A stretch of DNA of 64,000 bases, from NCBI GenBank assembly GCA_022729235.1, contig JALDAJ010000001.1, positions 672,001-736,000 on the forward strand, written 5' to 3'. Source of the DNA: Candidatus Nanohalarchaeota archaeon. Lineage in GTDB: Archaea; Nanohalarchaeota; Nanosalinia; Nanosalinales; Nanosalinaceae. A program made the position numbers and the translations under genes. Numbering within the stretch: position 1 is the first letter of the stretch; every line of letters starts with the position of its first letter. Positions 1 through 9,775 of this stretch are shown here, in pieces. Below the pieces are notes generated by a model, which saw only the letters and a program-made list of their open reading frames with translations, was not told where the DNA came from and made no database searches.

Positions 1-435
1 GTACTTGCCGCTCATCTCTTCCCCAGAATTTTTTGCGTCTTTACTACTATCCTCCAGCTGTTCTTCCAGGCTCCGGATTCTTTCCTCCAGCTGCTGATCT
101 CTTTCTGAACTTTCTAAATCAACGCTTTCCCGGATGTCCTTGATCTGCCTGTACAGGTATTCCAGCTTCTCATGTACTTTTCCTTCCTGGTACTCCTCCT
201 TTATCTGCTCAACCATCTTGAGCCGTTTCTCAAGCTCTTCCTTGGTCATGTAGCTTAGAAGCTCTTCTATCTCCTGGACTTCGTCCTGGAGTGAAAGGGT
301 CTCCAGTTCAGCCATCAAGTCCTGGTCCTCCAGGTCTTGAACTCTCTCCTCGATTTCGAGTATGCTGTCTTCTATACCCTGTAACTCGTCTTCAAGCTTC
401 TCCTTACTGATATCCTCTGAGGAGTCTTCTGGCAT
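1..435 (-). CDS. Acidic coiled-coil protein, runs off the window edge (3' end missing)
   Basis: Manual translation from ATG at 435: MPEDSSEDISKEKLEDELQGIERDSILEIEERVQDLEDQ..., open to the edge, heptad-like Leu/Glu pattern. Confidence 0.7.
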   Translation of the reverse strand, partial: MPEDSSEDISKEKLEDELQGIEDSILEIEERVQDLEDQDLMAELETLSLQDEVQEIEELLSYMTKEELEKRLKMVEQIKEEYQEGKVHEKLEYLYRQIKDIRESVDLESSERDQQLEERIRSLEEQLEDSSKDAKNSGEEMSGKY

Positions 436-479
436 AAATAGAAAATATGATGGCTGGTATAAAAAGCAAGGGAGAAGAG

Positions 480-905
480 TTAGTTCTCTGTGGCTACCTG
501 GACTTCACCGCATTCGTCGGAAACTACCGAGATACTGTCCCATTCTTCTCCAGGGGTGAACTCTTCGTCGTCAACGTGTATCGTGTCGATTCCGTACTGG
601 CTGTCAATGTTCCCGTATCCCTGGGCAGGGTCTGCATCATCGTACTGCCATGTAGCTGTCAGGTCTCCTATGCCATCAGGACCAGCGCGTTGTTGTATAG
701 TAACGTTTTCTGCTTCCTCGCTGCCGTCCAGTATGTCTATGCGGTATTCGGCGCAGTCAGCCAGTCTCTCACCTTCGTCACCGGCGTCTCCCATAGCCTG
801 TTGCATAACTTCTGGCGCCCACTGTGCGAAAAGGGATGCGATAGCCATCGTGAACGCGATTAAAAGCACGGCAGCGATAAGAGGCGAGATACCTTTTCTC
901 CTCAT
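480..905 (-). CDS. Archaeal type IV pilin-like protein (class III signal peptide)
   Basis: N-terminus MRRKG/ISPLIAAVLLIAFTMAIA matches the archaellin/pilin prepilin cleavage motif. Confidence 0.9.
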   Translation of the reverse strand: MRRKGISPLIAAVLLIAFTMAIASLFAQWAPEVMQQAMGDAGDEGERLADCAEYRIDILDGSEEAENVTIQQRAGPDGIGDLTATWQYDDADPAQGYGNIDSQYGIDTIHVDDEEFTPGEEWDSISVVSDECGEVQVATEN

Positions 906-910
906 ACTCT

Positions 911-1474
911 TTATTTCAGTACCCTCTTATTTAAAACGTTTCCAAGGAGGAGAGGTTCCGTTCCTGCACCGGTCTCTTGAAACCAGTAAAGCCACAGTGC
1001 GAGGACTACAACTGTCAGTCCCCATCGCCAGAGTGTGCCATGTATAACCTCGAATGATACTATCCCAAGGTGGCTTAGGTAGATAGTGGTGAAGACTCTG
1101 ATAATGTTCGCGAGGAATATCGCCACGAGACCTGATATCATGAACCGGTAGTGTTTTCTCAGGGATGAAGAGGCGAACATGAGTCCTACAAATACGGCTT
1201 TTGACTTCCAGCCCAGGCAGTCCTGTATCATCCTGTAGACTCCGGTGTCCAGGAGGATGAGGATGCCTTCATGTACTGCTTCTACTCCTGCCAGGTTCAG
1301 TAGAAGAGTTATCATCGCTGCGAACCAGACCTGAAGGGAATAAGTGTCGGGATTCAGGTAGATAATCGCCTGGAAAACGATGCCTGCTATCAGGAGCTTT
1401 CCGAGGAATACGGATGTGGAGAAGAGTTTTCTCTGCCGTTTATTCATATCCTCGAGATCGATTTTGATTTCCAT
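911..1474 (-). CDS. Archaeosortase/exosortase family membrane protein
   Basis: Multiple TM helices with DCLGW (catalytic Cys), NIIR (Arg) and a downstream His. Confidence 0.8.
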   Translation of the reverse strand: MEIKIDLEDMNKRQRKLFSTSVFLGKLLIAGIVFQAIIYLNPDTYSLQVWFAAMITLLLNLAGVEAVHEGILILLDTGVYRMIQDCLGWKSKAVFVGLMFASSSLRKHYRFMISGLVAIFLANIIRVFTTIYLSHLGIVSFEVIHGTLWRWGLTVVVLALWLYWFQETGAGTEPLLLGNVLNKRVLK

Positions 1475-1475
1475 G

Positions 1476-1925
1476 TCAGACGCTCTGTTTTACAGCTTCT
1501 GGGTTACGGGAGAAATAGGTCTCGGCTACAGTATCAAGGTCTTCTTCACTTTCCTCCGTCAGTTTCTTGATCTTCCGGATGTTCCTGTGCAGGTTCTTGT
1601 ACGCGTGTCTGGCGGAGGCGACCGCGTCTTTCTCGTGAGAGTTGTTCCCTTCCCCAAGTTCTTTCTTTCTTCGTCGGTCCAGGTCTTCCTCTGGTATGAA
1701 CTTGGTCGCACCGAGAGAGGTCGCTACTTTTTCCACTGTTGACGGCATCTTTTCTGTATCACATGCTACAACCACTGGTTTTCCCTCGTCGATGAGAATC
1801 CTGATTATGTCCCGGGGTGGTAGTTCGCGTTCGCTCTTGAGTAGTTTGAGCTCTCCTTCAAGGTTGACCGCTGCAACGGCTGAAGTGTTGCCGGGGTCTA
1901 TCCCTACTATCAGTGGTTCAGGCAT
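1476..1925 (-). CDS. DUF460-like RNase H-fold protein
   Basis: LIVGIDPG...VAAVNL, VVVACD, HEKDA motifs. Confidence 0.8.
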   Translation of the reverse strand: MPEPLIVGIDPGNTSAVAAVNLEGELKLLKSERELPPRDIIRILIDEGKPVVVACDTEKMPSTVEKVATSLGATKFIPEEDLDRRRKKELGEGNNSHEKDAVASARHAYKNLHRNIRKIKKLTEESEEDLDTVAETYFSRNPEAVKQSV

Positions 1926-4065
1926 TGTAATCCTCCTCCACGAGTTCTCTTATGTTATCCGCGGTTTTCTGTCCTATCCCTTTCACGTCCATGAGTTCTG
2001 TTTTCGATGCTGTAAATACTTTCTCTATACTTCCGAACTCTTCGAGTAACCGTTCTGCTATCTTCGTGTTGACGTCGGGAAGCCCGGCGACCACGAACTC
2101 TTTCATCTCTTCCCGTTTTTTCGGTGCTCTCTCACCTCGTATCGCGAGCTCCCGGTCGTTTTCCTCCTGCTCTCTCTTCGCCAGCGATTTCAGTAGTTCG
2201 GCGGTCTCTTTCTCTGAGGAGCTCCAGAGCAGGGGTACCTGGTACTCGATGCTGATGGAGGATAGAGCTCCCCTTATCGCGTTCGGGTGGACGTTTCTGT
2301 GCCTGTAAAGGTCGTCTCCCTCGATTATCAGCACAGGGTTTTCAAACTGTTTGAGTTCTTCGAGCTGTTTGAACACGCGCTGGTCGAGTATCGAGTCCAC
2401 GAAGTCTTCCGCCGATTTTCTCTCTATAGCTGTTCTGTCCGAAACCAGGAAGTCTCCGACTTCCAGCCGTTTTTTCCTGACTGTGACCTCCATCTTCGAC
2501 AGCTTTTTCGCAACCGAGTTCTCGCGGTCGTCCGCGTAGATGATGAGTCCTTTGTCGCTATCGCTGAACCCGTCCAGCGTCTTCTGTTTCCCACGGTCGC
2601 GGGTCTCGTCCTTGAGTTCCTCCAGGACGCGCTGCATGTTCTTCTTTTTGTGGTGGGAGCTCCAGTAGTTACCCTCGTCGCGCGTGTCTTCCGCTATCAG
2701 GACGTATACCTCGCCTGATTCCTGTCTCCCTGTCCTTCCTGCTCGCTGTATGTCGCGTATGCCGGATGCGACAGGTTCGTAGAATATCACGTAGTCAACT
2801 GCCGGGATGTCGAGTCCCTCCTCTCCTATAGATGTGGAGACCAGGGCGTTGTATTTACCCTGGTCGAACGCTTCAAGCACCTCTATCTGTTTGTTCTGTG
2901 TCATCCCTTTCTCTCCCTGCTGTCCTATAAACATCACCGCGTTATGACCTTCGGTGTTAAGTTCCTCGGATATTTTTTCTGCGGAGGCACGGTACTCTGT
3001 AAACACCATCGCCTTCTCGTCTTCTTCCATCCCGGATAGTATGTCTCTGAGCGCGTCCAGCTTTGGGTGTTCCTCACCTTTCTTTTTCAGGTATTCTATC
3101 ATGCTCCTTGCGCCCTGCATGTCCTCGCTGTTTAGAGCTCGGGAGGCAGCCTTTGAATCATCGGTTTTCAGACCTTCTAGGTAGTCGTAGCACTGGGAGA
3201 CGCCCTGTGTTTCCAGTAACTCGATAGCCTGTGATATCTTCAACGCGGTCGCGACCCGTGAGATCGCCTGGTAGAGTTTGGGATCGTCCTCGGTTGACAG
3301 CTTGGAACTTATCTCGCCCCTCAGTTTCAGCAGGTCTTTCTTGTAGACATTGGAGGTGGAATTGATGACCCCCAGTGATTTCAGGTTTTTCAGCTGTTCT
3401 CGCCTGGCGTTTTCCATCTTCTTTTTTGCTTCCTCGAACCGGTTGTCGAGGGAGACGTGTTTCCAGTTTACCTGTCTGTCCTGGATGTAAGGTTTTACGT
3501 CAGGATCGTCTTCTGTCCGGACTTCAAAGTTATCTATCTCAAGGTTGTCCGCGACATCCATGATCTTCTCCTTGTCGCCGCCGGGTGACGCGGTCAGTGC
3601 GAGTTTTTGTGACCTGAATTTTTCGCTTATGAAGACGTAGCTGTAGTCGCCTGTCGCGCGGTGCGCCTCGTCGAATATGACGAGAGAGAACTCTTCCCGG
3701 GGGATTTCGTTGGCGATTAAATCGTTTTCCACTACCTGTGGTGTGGAGAAGAATACGCGTTTCTCGTCCCATAGCTCGTACCGTTTCTCAGGTCTTGTCT
3801 TTCCGGTTAGTACGGTCATCTCGCTGTTTTCAATCTCGAGGATGTCCTGGAACGTGTCGAGGTGCTGTTCCACGAGAGGTTTTGTTGGTGCGAGAAAGAG
3901 CAGTTTCCCGTCCTCAAGTTTCTGGGAGGCGACCATCGCGGCGATAACTGTTTTTCCCAACCCTGTTGGGAGGACTACGAGTGTGTTCGAGTTAACTGCT
4001 GATGCGGCTATTACTTCTTGATACGTACGGGACTCGAGTTTATCCTGTTTGAGCAGCTGGCTCAT
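1918..4065 (-). CDS. hef: Hef helicase/ERCC4 nuclease
   Basis: LPTGLGKT, DEAH, QRAGRTGR helicase motifs, ERKS ERCC4 motif, C-terminal HhH. Confidence 0.95.
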   Translation of the reverse strand: MSQLLKQDKLESRTYQEVIAASAVNSNTLVVLPTGLGKTVIAAMVASQKLEDGKLLFLAPTKPLVEQHLDTFQDILEIENSEMTVLTGKTRPEKRYELWDEKRVFFSTPQVVENDLIANEIPREEFSLVIFDEAHRATGDYSYVFISEKFRSQKLALTASPGGDKEKIMDVADNLEIDNFEVRTEDDPDVKPYIQDRQVNWKHVSLDNRFEEAKKKMENARREQLKNLKSLGVINSTSNVYKKDLLKLRGEISSKLSTEDDPKLYQAISRVATALKISQAIELLETQGVSQCYDYLEGLKTDDSKAASRALNSEDMQGARSMIEYLKKKGEEHPKLDALRDILSGMEEDEKAMVFTEYRASAEKISEELNTEGHNAVMFIGQQGEKGMTQNKQIEVLEAFDQGKYNALVSTSIGEEGLDIPAVDYVIFYEPVASGIRDIQRAGRTGRQESGEVYVLIAEDTRDEGNYWSSHHKKKNMQRVLEELKDETRDRGKQKTLDGFSDSDKGLIIYADDRENSVAKKLSKMEVTVRKKRLEVGDFLVSDRTAIERKSAEDFVDSILDQRVFKQLEELKQFENPVLIIEGDDLYRHRNVHPNAIRGALSSISIEYQVPLLWSSSEKETAELLKSLAKREQEENDRELAIRGERAPKKREEMKEFVVAGLPDVNTKIAERLLEEFGSIEKVFTASKTELMDVKGIGQKTADNIRELVEEDYNA

Positions 4066-4087
4066 GTTGGTTTAATTGTCCGCGAAT

Positions 4088-4218
4088 TTTGATAAAATGA
4101 CTATCTATTAGTCGTTTGATAAAACGATTATCAGTGATCGTTTGTTAAAACGGTTCTGTGTTCAATCGTTTGGTAAAGTGGTTATCGGTTAGTTTGGTAA
4201 AACGGTTTATTTTGGTAG
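4088..4218. repeat. Degenerate tandem array of 24-28-bp palindromic units
   Basis: Units start at 4088, 4115, 4141, 4169, 4193 with TTTG(A/T/G)TAAA; most contain AAACGAT...ATCGTTT-like inverted repeats. Confidence 0.75.
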
Positions 4219-4722
4219 CGAGAAGCTGTCCCTGGCTGGTGTTTCCATCATTCTTACGGCGCGGAACGCGATTATCGAGCCTATCACGAATAGACCAGAT
4301 GCCTTGAGAACAGTCTCGTTTACGGGCATATCTGTCTTGACTATTACTGCTGTTACGTATGCTAGGGGGTATATAACGTCGACGGAGGATATCCTGTATG
4401 CTACCTCTGGAGACCATTTGTGGTAGAAGTCCATGTAGCCCACGAAGACTCCCGAGATGATGAGAAGGTATGCGGCGTTTCTTTCGAGTACGGTGTCTAT
4501 CTGTCCTGTTATGAGGAGGTTAGTGCCTGTTGCTATCCAGAGTACAGCGTTTCCTACGGAGGTGTTCCACCCAAGTTTTTCGTTCTCGTGTTTCCCGAAG
4601 TAGAGTTCTATTATAAACCATCCGAGTACCAGTGGTAGAACCGTGGGAAGTATCTCGGGACTGTTTACGGGCGCAAGGGTTATCTCTTCCATCCTTGCAA
4701 TTATCTCCGGGTCCAGTTCCAT
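4207..4722 (-). CDS. Hypothetical membrane protein
   Basis: 171-aa ORF with about 5 hydrophobic segments, operonic with the ATPase. Confidence 0.8.
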   Translation of the reverse strand: MELDPEIIARMEEITLAPVNSPEILPTVLPLVLGWFIIELYFGKHENEKLGWNTSVGNAVLWIATGTNLLITGQIDTVLERNAAYLLIISGVFVGYMDFYHKWSPEVAYRISSVDVIYPLAYVTAVIVKTDMPVNETVLKASGLFVIGSIIAFRAVRMMETPARDSFSLPK

Positions 4723-4723
4723 A

Positions 4724-5983
4724 TTAATCCTCGAAGGCGTCAGGTGTTCCTCCTGCGTGCCACGATTTTCGAGGTCTTACCTGCAGCGGGTAGATGCGTT
4801 CCGAGTTGTCGTCAAGTATGAGTCCGGTTCCGACCCTGTCGGGTAGAGCGTCTATGTAGTGGTCGATATCGTGACGCATGTAGGTGTGCATGATGTTGCC
4901 CAGCGCGTCTATGTCCTGTTTCGCGGTTAATCTGTGGGAAAGTATGATGTCTGCCTGTGAAAGGGCGTCAGGGTGTAGCTTGTATGGTTGTTGTGTTGCT
5001 AGCGCAAGGGATACTCCGGGCTCTCTACCTATTTTGACCCATCTCAGTAGTGGATGGGATGCCGCGGTTTCTCCGTCCCTTGGTAGGAACTCGTGCGCCT
5101 CGTCTATCAGCATCCATACGATAGGCATCTCGTTTTCACTGAGACCTTCCATCTCATCGATTTCTTCTATCCTGCGGGCAGTCATTCTCTGTCTCAGTAC
5201 TTTTTTGGCGAGCAGTGCGACTACAAGCGACCTTATTGACCATCCTGACCCCATCTCTCCGAATACTGACACGTCAACGATAGAAAGTTCTTCCCGCTCG
5301 GTTAGTTTGTCCAGTGTTGATTTCTCGCCGAAAATTCCCCAGTCCTGTGCGTTCATAAACCTGTTTTCGAGCCTGTTTTTGACTTCTTCCGGGAAGTCGA
5401 ACCTGTCCATCAGGTTTAGTATGTCCTCGATTCTGTAGTTATCTCGTGATTCGTCTAGCTTTGATATCACACGCTCCAGTAGTATTCCTGCCTCGGAGTT
5501 CGCCTCCAGGTTGAACGCCATCGACCATTCCTGTGCGGATAGCTCCGAAGGGTCCAGTGTAAACGTGTCATCGTAAGGCATCTCCCGTTCCTCGAAGTTT
5601 CGGACTTTTCCTTCGGGTATGTAGACTTTTGCATCAAAAGCTTCGGGTGTTAGATCCCATTCCTCCAGAGCCCCTGCCGCCCTATCGTTTGGGCGTTTCA
5701 TCGACCAGTAGATGCCCATGGGGTCGATGAGAATAGTGGACAGGTTCTGCGATATATCTGTGTTCTGTATTTCCTCCGCTAGAACTCCCAGCGAATACGA
5801 TTTACCCGTACCCCTCTTCCCGAACACCCCCATAACGTGAGGTCTCGCGAGGTCGAAGTGTATAGAGTTCGCCTTGTGCGCCTCTTCTTTTTCACCTACC
5901 AGGTGCTTGCCAATTATTCCTGTCCCTTTGAGTCCGTGTTCTTCGCGGTCTTCATCATCGCGTCCGACAGAAATCTTGGGCAT
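4724..5983 (-). CDS. HerA/FtsK-like ATPase (DUF87)
   Basis: GKRGTGKS Walker A, IDPMG, IDEAH, GREPG..LATQQP. Confidence 0.9.
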   Translation of the reverse strand: MPKISVGRDDEDREEHGLKGTGIIGKHLVGEKEEAHKANSIHFDLARPHVMGVFGKRGTGKSYSLGVLAEEIQNTDISQNLSTILIDPMGIYWSMKRPNDRAAGALEEWDLTPEAFDAKVYIPEGKVRNFEEREMPYDDTFTLDPSELSAQEWSMAFNLEANSEAGILLERVISKLDESRDNYRIEDILNLMDRFDFPEEVKNRLENRFMNAQDWGIFGEKSTLDKLTEREELSIVDVSVFGEMGSGWSIRSLVVALLAKKVLRQRMTARRIEEIDEMEGLSENEMPIVWMLIDEAHEFLPRDGETAASHPLLRWVKIGREPGVSLALATQQPYKLHPDALSQADIILSHRLTAKQDIDALGNIMHTYMRHDIDHYIDALPDRVGTGLILDDNSERIYPLQVRPRKSWHAGGTPDAFED

Positions 5984-6016
5984 GTTTGCAAGTTCCTTCT
6001 ACGGGAATATAAAGTC

Positions 6017-6625
6017 TTAGAGCGTCAGGACGAGTCCTATAATTGCTATACTTATTGTGATCAGCCAGTATGCGCCGCTCCACCGGAGTACGTATGCGCC
6101 GTCAAGACATCCTGTCGGAATATTCTTGTAGTCGAACGGCATGAGCTGGAAGAATGTGAAAAGTATGAAAGCCTCCGCCATCATTACCCATCCAAGGGAG
6201 TAGGTTACAAGCCAGCCTGTGAAAAGCGCTACTAGTCCTCCGGCGACCATCCAGAACTGGCGTTTCATCCATATCGCATCGATGCTTCTACCCCAGTGCT
6301 CGTAACGCTTACCTGAAAAGCTGTTGGTAACAGGAAAGACAAGTATTATCGGTAACTGTGTGAGAAAAGCCATGATAGCGCCCAGAATGGTCAGTGCGGA
6401 ACCGTCTTTTGAGAGTTCAAGCTCCACGTAGGCATCCATCCATTCTGCAACTGTCCTCTGACCGAATTCCCTGGTGAGTATTACTAGACCTGCTGTAACA
6501 GTCCACATGGCGGCGGTCTGCACTGAGGAAACGCTGTTGTATGCGGCGAGCGCCGCACCTAGTACAAGCGTGGAGAGCAGGACGTACTTGATTTCTTCCT
6601 CTGACATGCTGTAGCTTGACGCCAT
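6017..6625 (-). CDS. Membrane protein, M50 peptidase-like (HExxH degenerate)
   Basis: Multi-TM; REFGQ in place of HExxH; LMPF...LDG motif. Start placed at ATG 6625 (6607 also possible). Confidence 0.55.
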   Translation of the reverse strand: MASSYSMSEEEIKYVLLSTLVLGAALAAYNSVSSVQTAAMWTVTAGLVILTREFGQRTVAEWMDAYVELELSKDGSALTILGAIMAFLTQLPIILVFPVTNSFSGKRYEHWGRSIDAIWMKRQFWMVAGGLVALFTGWLVTYSLGWVMMAEAFILFTFFQLMPFDYKNIPTGCLDGAYVLRWSGAYWLITISIAIIGLVLTL

Positions 6626-6659
6626 GTTGGAAGATTGAATGCGGATGTTAAAAAACCGA

Positions 6660-7139
6660 CTAGATGTCCATGTCCATTGCGATTTCAGCAACGGAGTAGC
6701 TCTCACTCGACCGCAGGATTTCTGGATGCTCACGTATTTCATCCAGGTGAAGTCCGGGTTCGCCGTTTTCAAATCTCTCTTTTACGATTTGCCAGGGTAC
6801 GGCGTACGCCTGCCGGGGGCGTCCTCTACCCCGTTTTATCTCCACCGCCAGAATACCTTTGCGCCCGGATTTATCCAGGAAATCGCTTATACGGTCAACC
6901 TGGTGGCCGTTATCGCTCTCGGAGAAGTGCTGGGAGAAGTAAAGCTTGTTAGTCGAGCTCTCCTTGACTGACTTGTTTTCGATAGCCAGGTAGAACATCT
7001 CGTGCTCCGAGTCCACGAGAACATCACACAACTGCGAACTGAACCGGTGCTGTTTCTTCCGGTGCGCGATACCGTTGATTTCCTCCTCATCGAAAAAGTT
7101 GTTGAACGCGTTGACAAGCTCCCGCTCGAACTCGGTCAT
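6660..7139 (-). CDS. PD-(D/E)xK nuclease-fold protein (Holliday-junction-resolvase-like)
   Basis: FERELV...CDVLV...AIENKS pattern. Confidence 0.6.
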   Translation of the reverse strand: MTEFERELVNAFNNFFDEEEINGIAHRKKQHRFSSQLCDVLVDSEHEMFYLAIENKSVKESSTNKLYFSQHFSESDNGHQVDRISDFLDKSGRKGILAVEIKRGRGRPRQAYAVPWQIVKERFENGEPGLHLDEIREHPEILRSSESYSVAEIAMDMDI

Positions 7140-7172
7140 AAGCAAAGATTACCTCAGAACGTTAAAAGTTCT

Positions 7173-7907
7173 TCAGTACTCTTCAAGTCCTCGCTGTACT
7201 CGCTCCCCGAGGACTTTTCCAGAGGTCAGGGCCAGCCCGACGGACCCGTTCGACACTATCTGCCCCTTAACGTGTTTTACCGGTGTGGGAAACCTGCCTG
7301 TCCTTGTAAGTTTTCTGCAGTTTATTTTGGGTGATACTTTCTGGGTCTCGACGTTGTACCCTAGTTCCTCTATTTTGCTCTCCAGCAACTGAGAATCCGT
7401 CTCCTTGATCTTGTGTTCCTTCCTTATCCTCTCGGTTATGCCTTTCCCGGACAGTTCTTTCTCCTTTTCCAGCGCATCTTCCGCTGTCAATCCACTGTGG
7501 ATCTCTGAGGTGTAGTCGGCTCCCTGTTCCAGCCATCGTTTCTCTAGTCTCGAGGTTCTCGCTACGCCTACTTTCACGTGATCTCCGCACTGCGCCAGGT
7601 ATACGCTGTAGTTCGCTTCTCCTTCCATGCCATCAGGTGCGCCGTTGCCGGTTCTCCAGCCGGTGTAGATATCTTTTCTCCGGCATTCCGGACACTGGTC
7701 GCCCGAGTCTATCTCCCGGAAATCTGTACAGGATTCCATTTTTCCTCTCTCCGAGTGATAACCCACGCATCTCCTCTCGTCCATGACCTCGTAGTCCAGC
7801 TCCAGTCCTGGTTCAAGCACTATATCTTTGTAACCGTCTTCTGTCGCCACCCTGAGGACAGGGGTCTCGTTTCTACCGCTCCAGACAACTTTGACTATCG
7901 ATTTCAT
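7173..7907 (-). CDS. DUF2797 domain protein
   Basis: RRCVG..C..QCPEC, VYLA..VKVGV..RWLEQGA. Confidence 0.85.
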   Translation of the reverse strand: MKSIVKVVWSGRNETPVLRVATEDGYKDIVLEPGLELDYEVMDERRCVGYHSERGKMESCTDFREIDSGDQCPECRRKDIYTGWRTGNGAPDGMEGEANYSVYLAQCGDHVKVGVARTSRLEKRWLEQGADYTSEIHSGLTAEDALEKEKELSGKGITERIRKEHKIKETDSQLLESKIEELGYNVETQKVSPKINCRKLTRTGRFPTPVKHVKGQIVSNGSVGLALTSGKVLGERVQRGLEEY

Positions 7908-7932
7908 CCTAGATCTCAGTAGTTGTTGAGAA

Positions 7933-8553
7933 TTAAGTCTCCTCGGTTTCAAGAAGCTCTTCCACCGATTTCTTGTGAGCGGCGCCGACGAACGCGACTA
8001 TCTCCGCGTCCGGCTCGTCCTCCTGTAACTGCTGCAGGTAATCAGCCATGACGCGGTCCCGTTCTTCTACGAGAACCTGGTAAAGCTCGGGATAACGCTC
8101 CCGTACCTCCTGCAGAAGCTCCTGTATCATCTCCTCGTCCGGTATCCTGGAGACATCGAACTTCGCTGCCCCGGGAATCAAAAGACCTACTACTGTCTCG
8201 GCGAACGCCTTTACTTTTTCCTTGCGTGATACTTGCTTGACTCTTTCAATGGTTATCCGGATATCCTGGTCGATCAAAGCTACTTCTCGGTCTTCCTGCA
8301 TCGATTTTTCGTAGGCGTAGAGCATCTCCTCTCCCGGCATAACACCGGTCTTTGACCCTATATAGTCCTGGAACTTCTTTACAATCTTCAGGAACACAGG
8401 TCCGCCGCCGTACTCTTCGCCAGTCACCAGCGAGTTCAATCTCAGCGGGTCGAGTTCTATAGCGACTATATCCGGGTCATGCTCCTCGATAGCACGGTCG
8501 ATAAGCTTGAGCGATTCCTCCGAGACGTGGGAGGTTCCGTAGATGTGTGGCAT
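7933..8553 (-). CDS. TraB/PrgY family protein
   Basis: GTSHVS, VAIELD, PGEEM, ERD, VGAAH. Confidence 0.9.
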   Translation of the reverse strand: MPHIYGTSHVSEESLKLIDRAIEEHDPDIVAIELDPLRLNSLVTGEEYGGGPVFLKIVKKFQDYIGSKTGVMPGEEMLYAYEKSMQEDREVALIDQDIRITIERVKQVSRKEKVKAFAETVVGLLIPGAAKFDVSRIPDEEMIQELLQEVRERYPELYQVLVEERDRVMADYLQQLQEDEPDAEIVAFVGAAHKKSVEELLETEET

Positions 8554-8729
8554 GGGTATCTATTCGTGCCAAGAGTTGTAAACCATCTGTTCGCACCGAC
8601 GACTATGTCTATGTAATACAAGACTTGCTATATGCTCGATAAATCTGGTATATGTAATACATAGTCTTTTTTCGTAATACGAAATAAGTTATTTAGGAGG
8701 TTATAGCCTGAAATGTATTACAAAAAACT

Positions 8730-8996
8730 AGTGGTTCCCGGGGGTGGACGCCTCTCCGCGACCGGTTTTCCCGGCACGACCTCGGGTCCGCCACCCTCCG
8801 AACATCCGCCACGACGCTTAGGGCTGCTCCCGCCAGGGTCTGACCCGGTTCACGCCACGACGCATCCCGGAGGACGGACCGTCGACAGCCGAAGTCCAGG
8901 AATCGTGCCACGGGGAGAACACCGCTCCCCGGTTTTCGGCTCCTGCATGGAGAGGATTTCAGGTTACAGGCGACCCCGAACCGCCCAGCCTACCAT
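8730..8996 (-). ncRNA. ffs: Archaeal SRP (7S) RNA
   Basis: 5' GGTAGGCTGGGCGGTTCGGGGTCGCCTGTAACC Alu-domain pattern; helix 8 GGGTCAGACCC-TGGC-GGGAGCAGCCC with the SRP54-binding CAG/AGCAG motif. Confidence 0.92.
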
Positions 8997-9106
8997 TCAG
9001 GAATTACTTCTGGAAATGTTAAAAGGAGAGGTGGTTAATTCGATTGTTAGGCAGGTTTCGAACAGAATAAACTGGTTTTTAAAGTGAATCTTTTCGAAAA
9101 TGATGT

Positions 9107-9775
9107 ATGGCTAGCCTAAAGTCGATGATCAGTCGGTTAGGAGTTTTCGTTGACAGGAAGAGAATCCAGTTGCACCTGAAGAAGACGGAGCAGGATTTGA
9201 GAAGTAAAGATGTTCAAGACCTGTCAGAGGAAGAAGTTGAGAATAGAAAAGAGAATATTGAAAGACTGAGGGAGTACCGTGAGGCAGGAGAGTTTCCAGT
9301 GAATCCTAAGTTTGCGACTCGAGAGCCATACTTTGTTGATGATTCGGGAACTCCTTGCGCTATGGCTTATCTGATCCAGGAGAGTGGTTACAGTTCCCTG
9401 GTTGAAGAGGTTGCAGAGCATAATAATCATGTTTACCTAGAAGAACTGTCTGGAGGACCGGTAGTTGACTGGATAGAGAGTTCCGGGCTGTCGAAGGAAG
9501 AGGCTGAGAGGATTCAGCCAAATTACGGCAGTTACTCACATGTCGCTGCTTTAGCAACAAATTGTGGATCGTTTTCCTGTTCTCTAGCCCTTGCGACTTT
9601 AAGTCTTGTAGGAGGTCTGGCTTTCCTGGGTCTTGAATGGTTAAGCTACAGGTATGCCCGGTCGTTCTATCCCGATAAGCCTTTGAAGAGTTCAGGTTCG
9701 TTTATCGGGTTCTCGATAATTAATGTGATGATAACAACTCTAGGGGTAATGGTGTTCTATGCTTTCCTTCCTTGA
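9107..9775 (+). CDS. Hypothetical protein with C-terminal TM helices
   Basis: FPVN...PYFVD..GTPCAMAYLI..SG conserved-looking core; 2 TM helices. Confidence 0.75.
   Translation: MASLKSMISRLGVFVDRKRIQLHLKKTEQDLRSKDVQDLSEEEVENRKENIERLREYREAGEFPVNPKFATREPYFVDDSGTPCAMAYLIQESGYSSLVEEVAEHNNHVYLEELSGGPVVDWIESSGLSKEEAERIQPNYGSYSHVAALATNCGSFSCSLALATLSLVGGLAFLGLEWLSYRYARSFYPDKPLKSSGSFIGFSIINVMITTLGVMVFYAFLP

Noticed and set aside
4088-4218. CRISPR array
   Set aside because: The 24-28 bp period is far too short and the repeats are degenerate.
8693-9087. ORFs 8693-8911 (-) and 8713-9087 (+)
   Set aside because: They overlap the GC-rich SRP RNA and have atypical composition.
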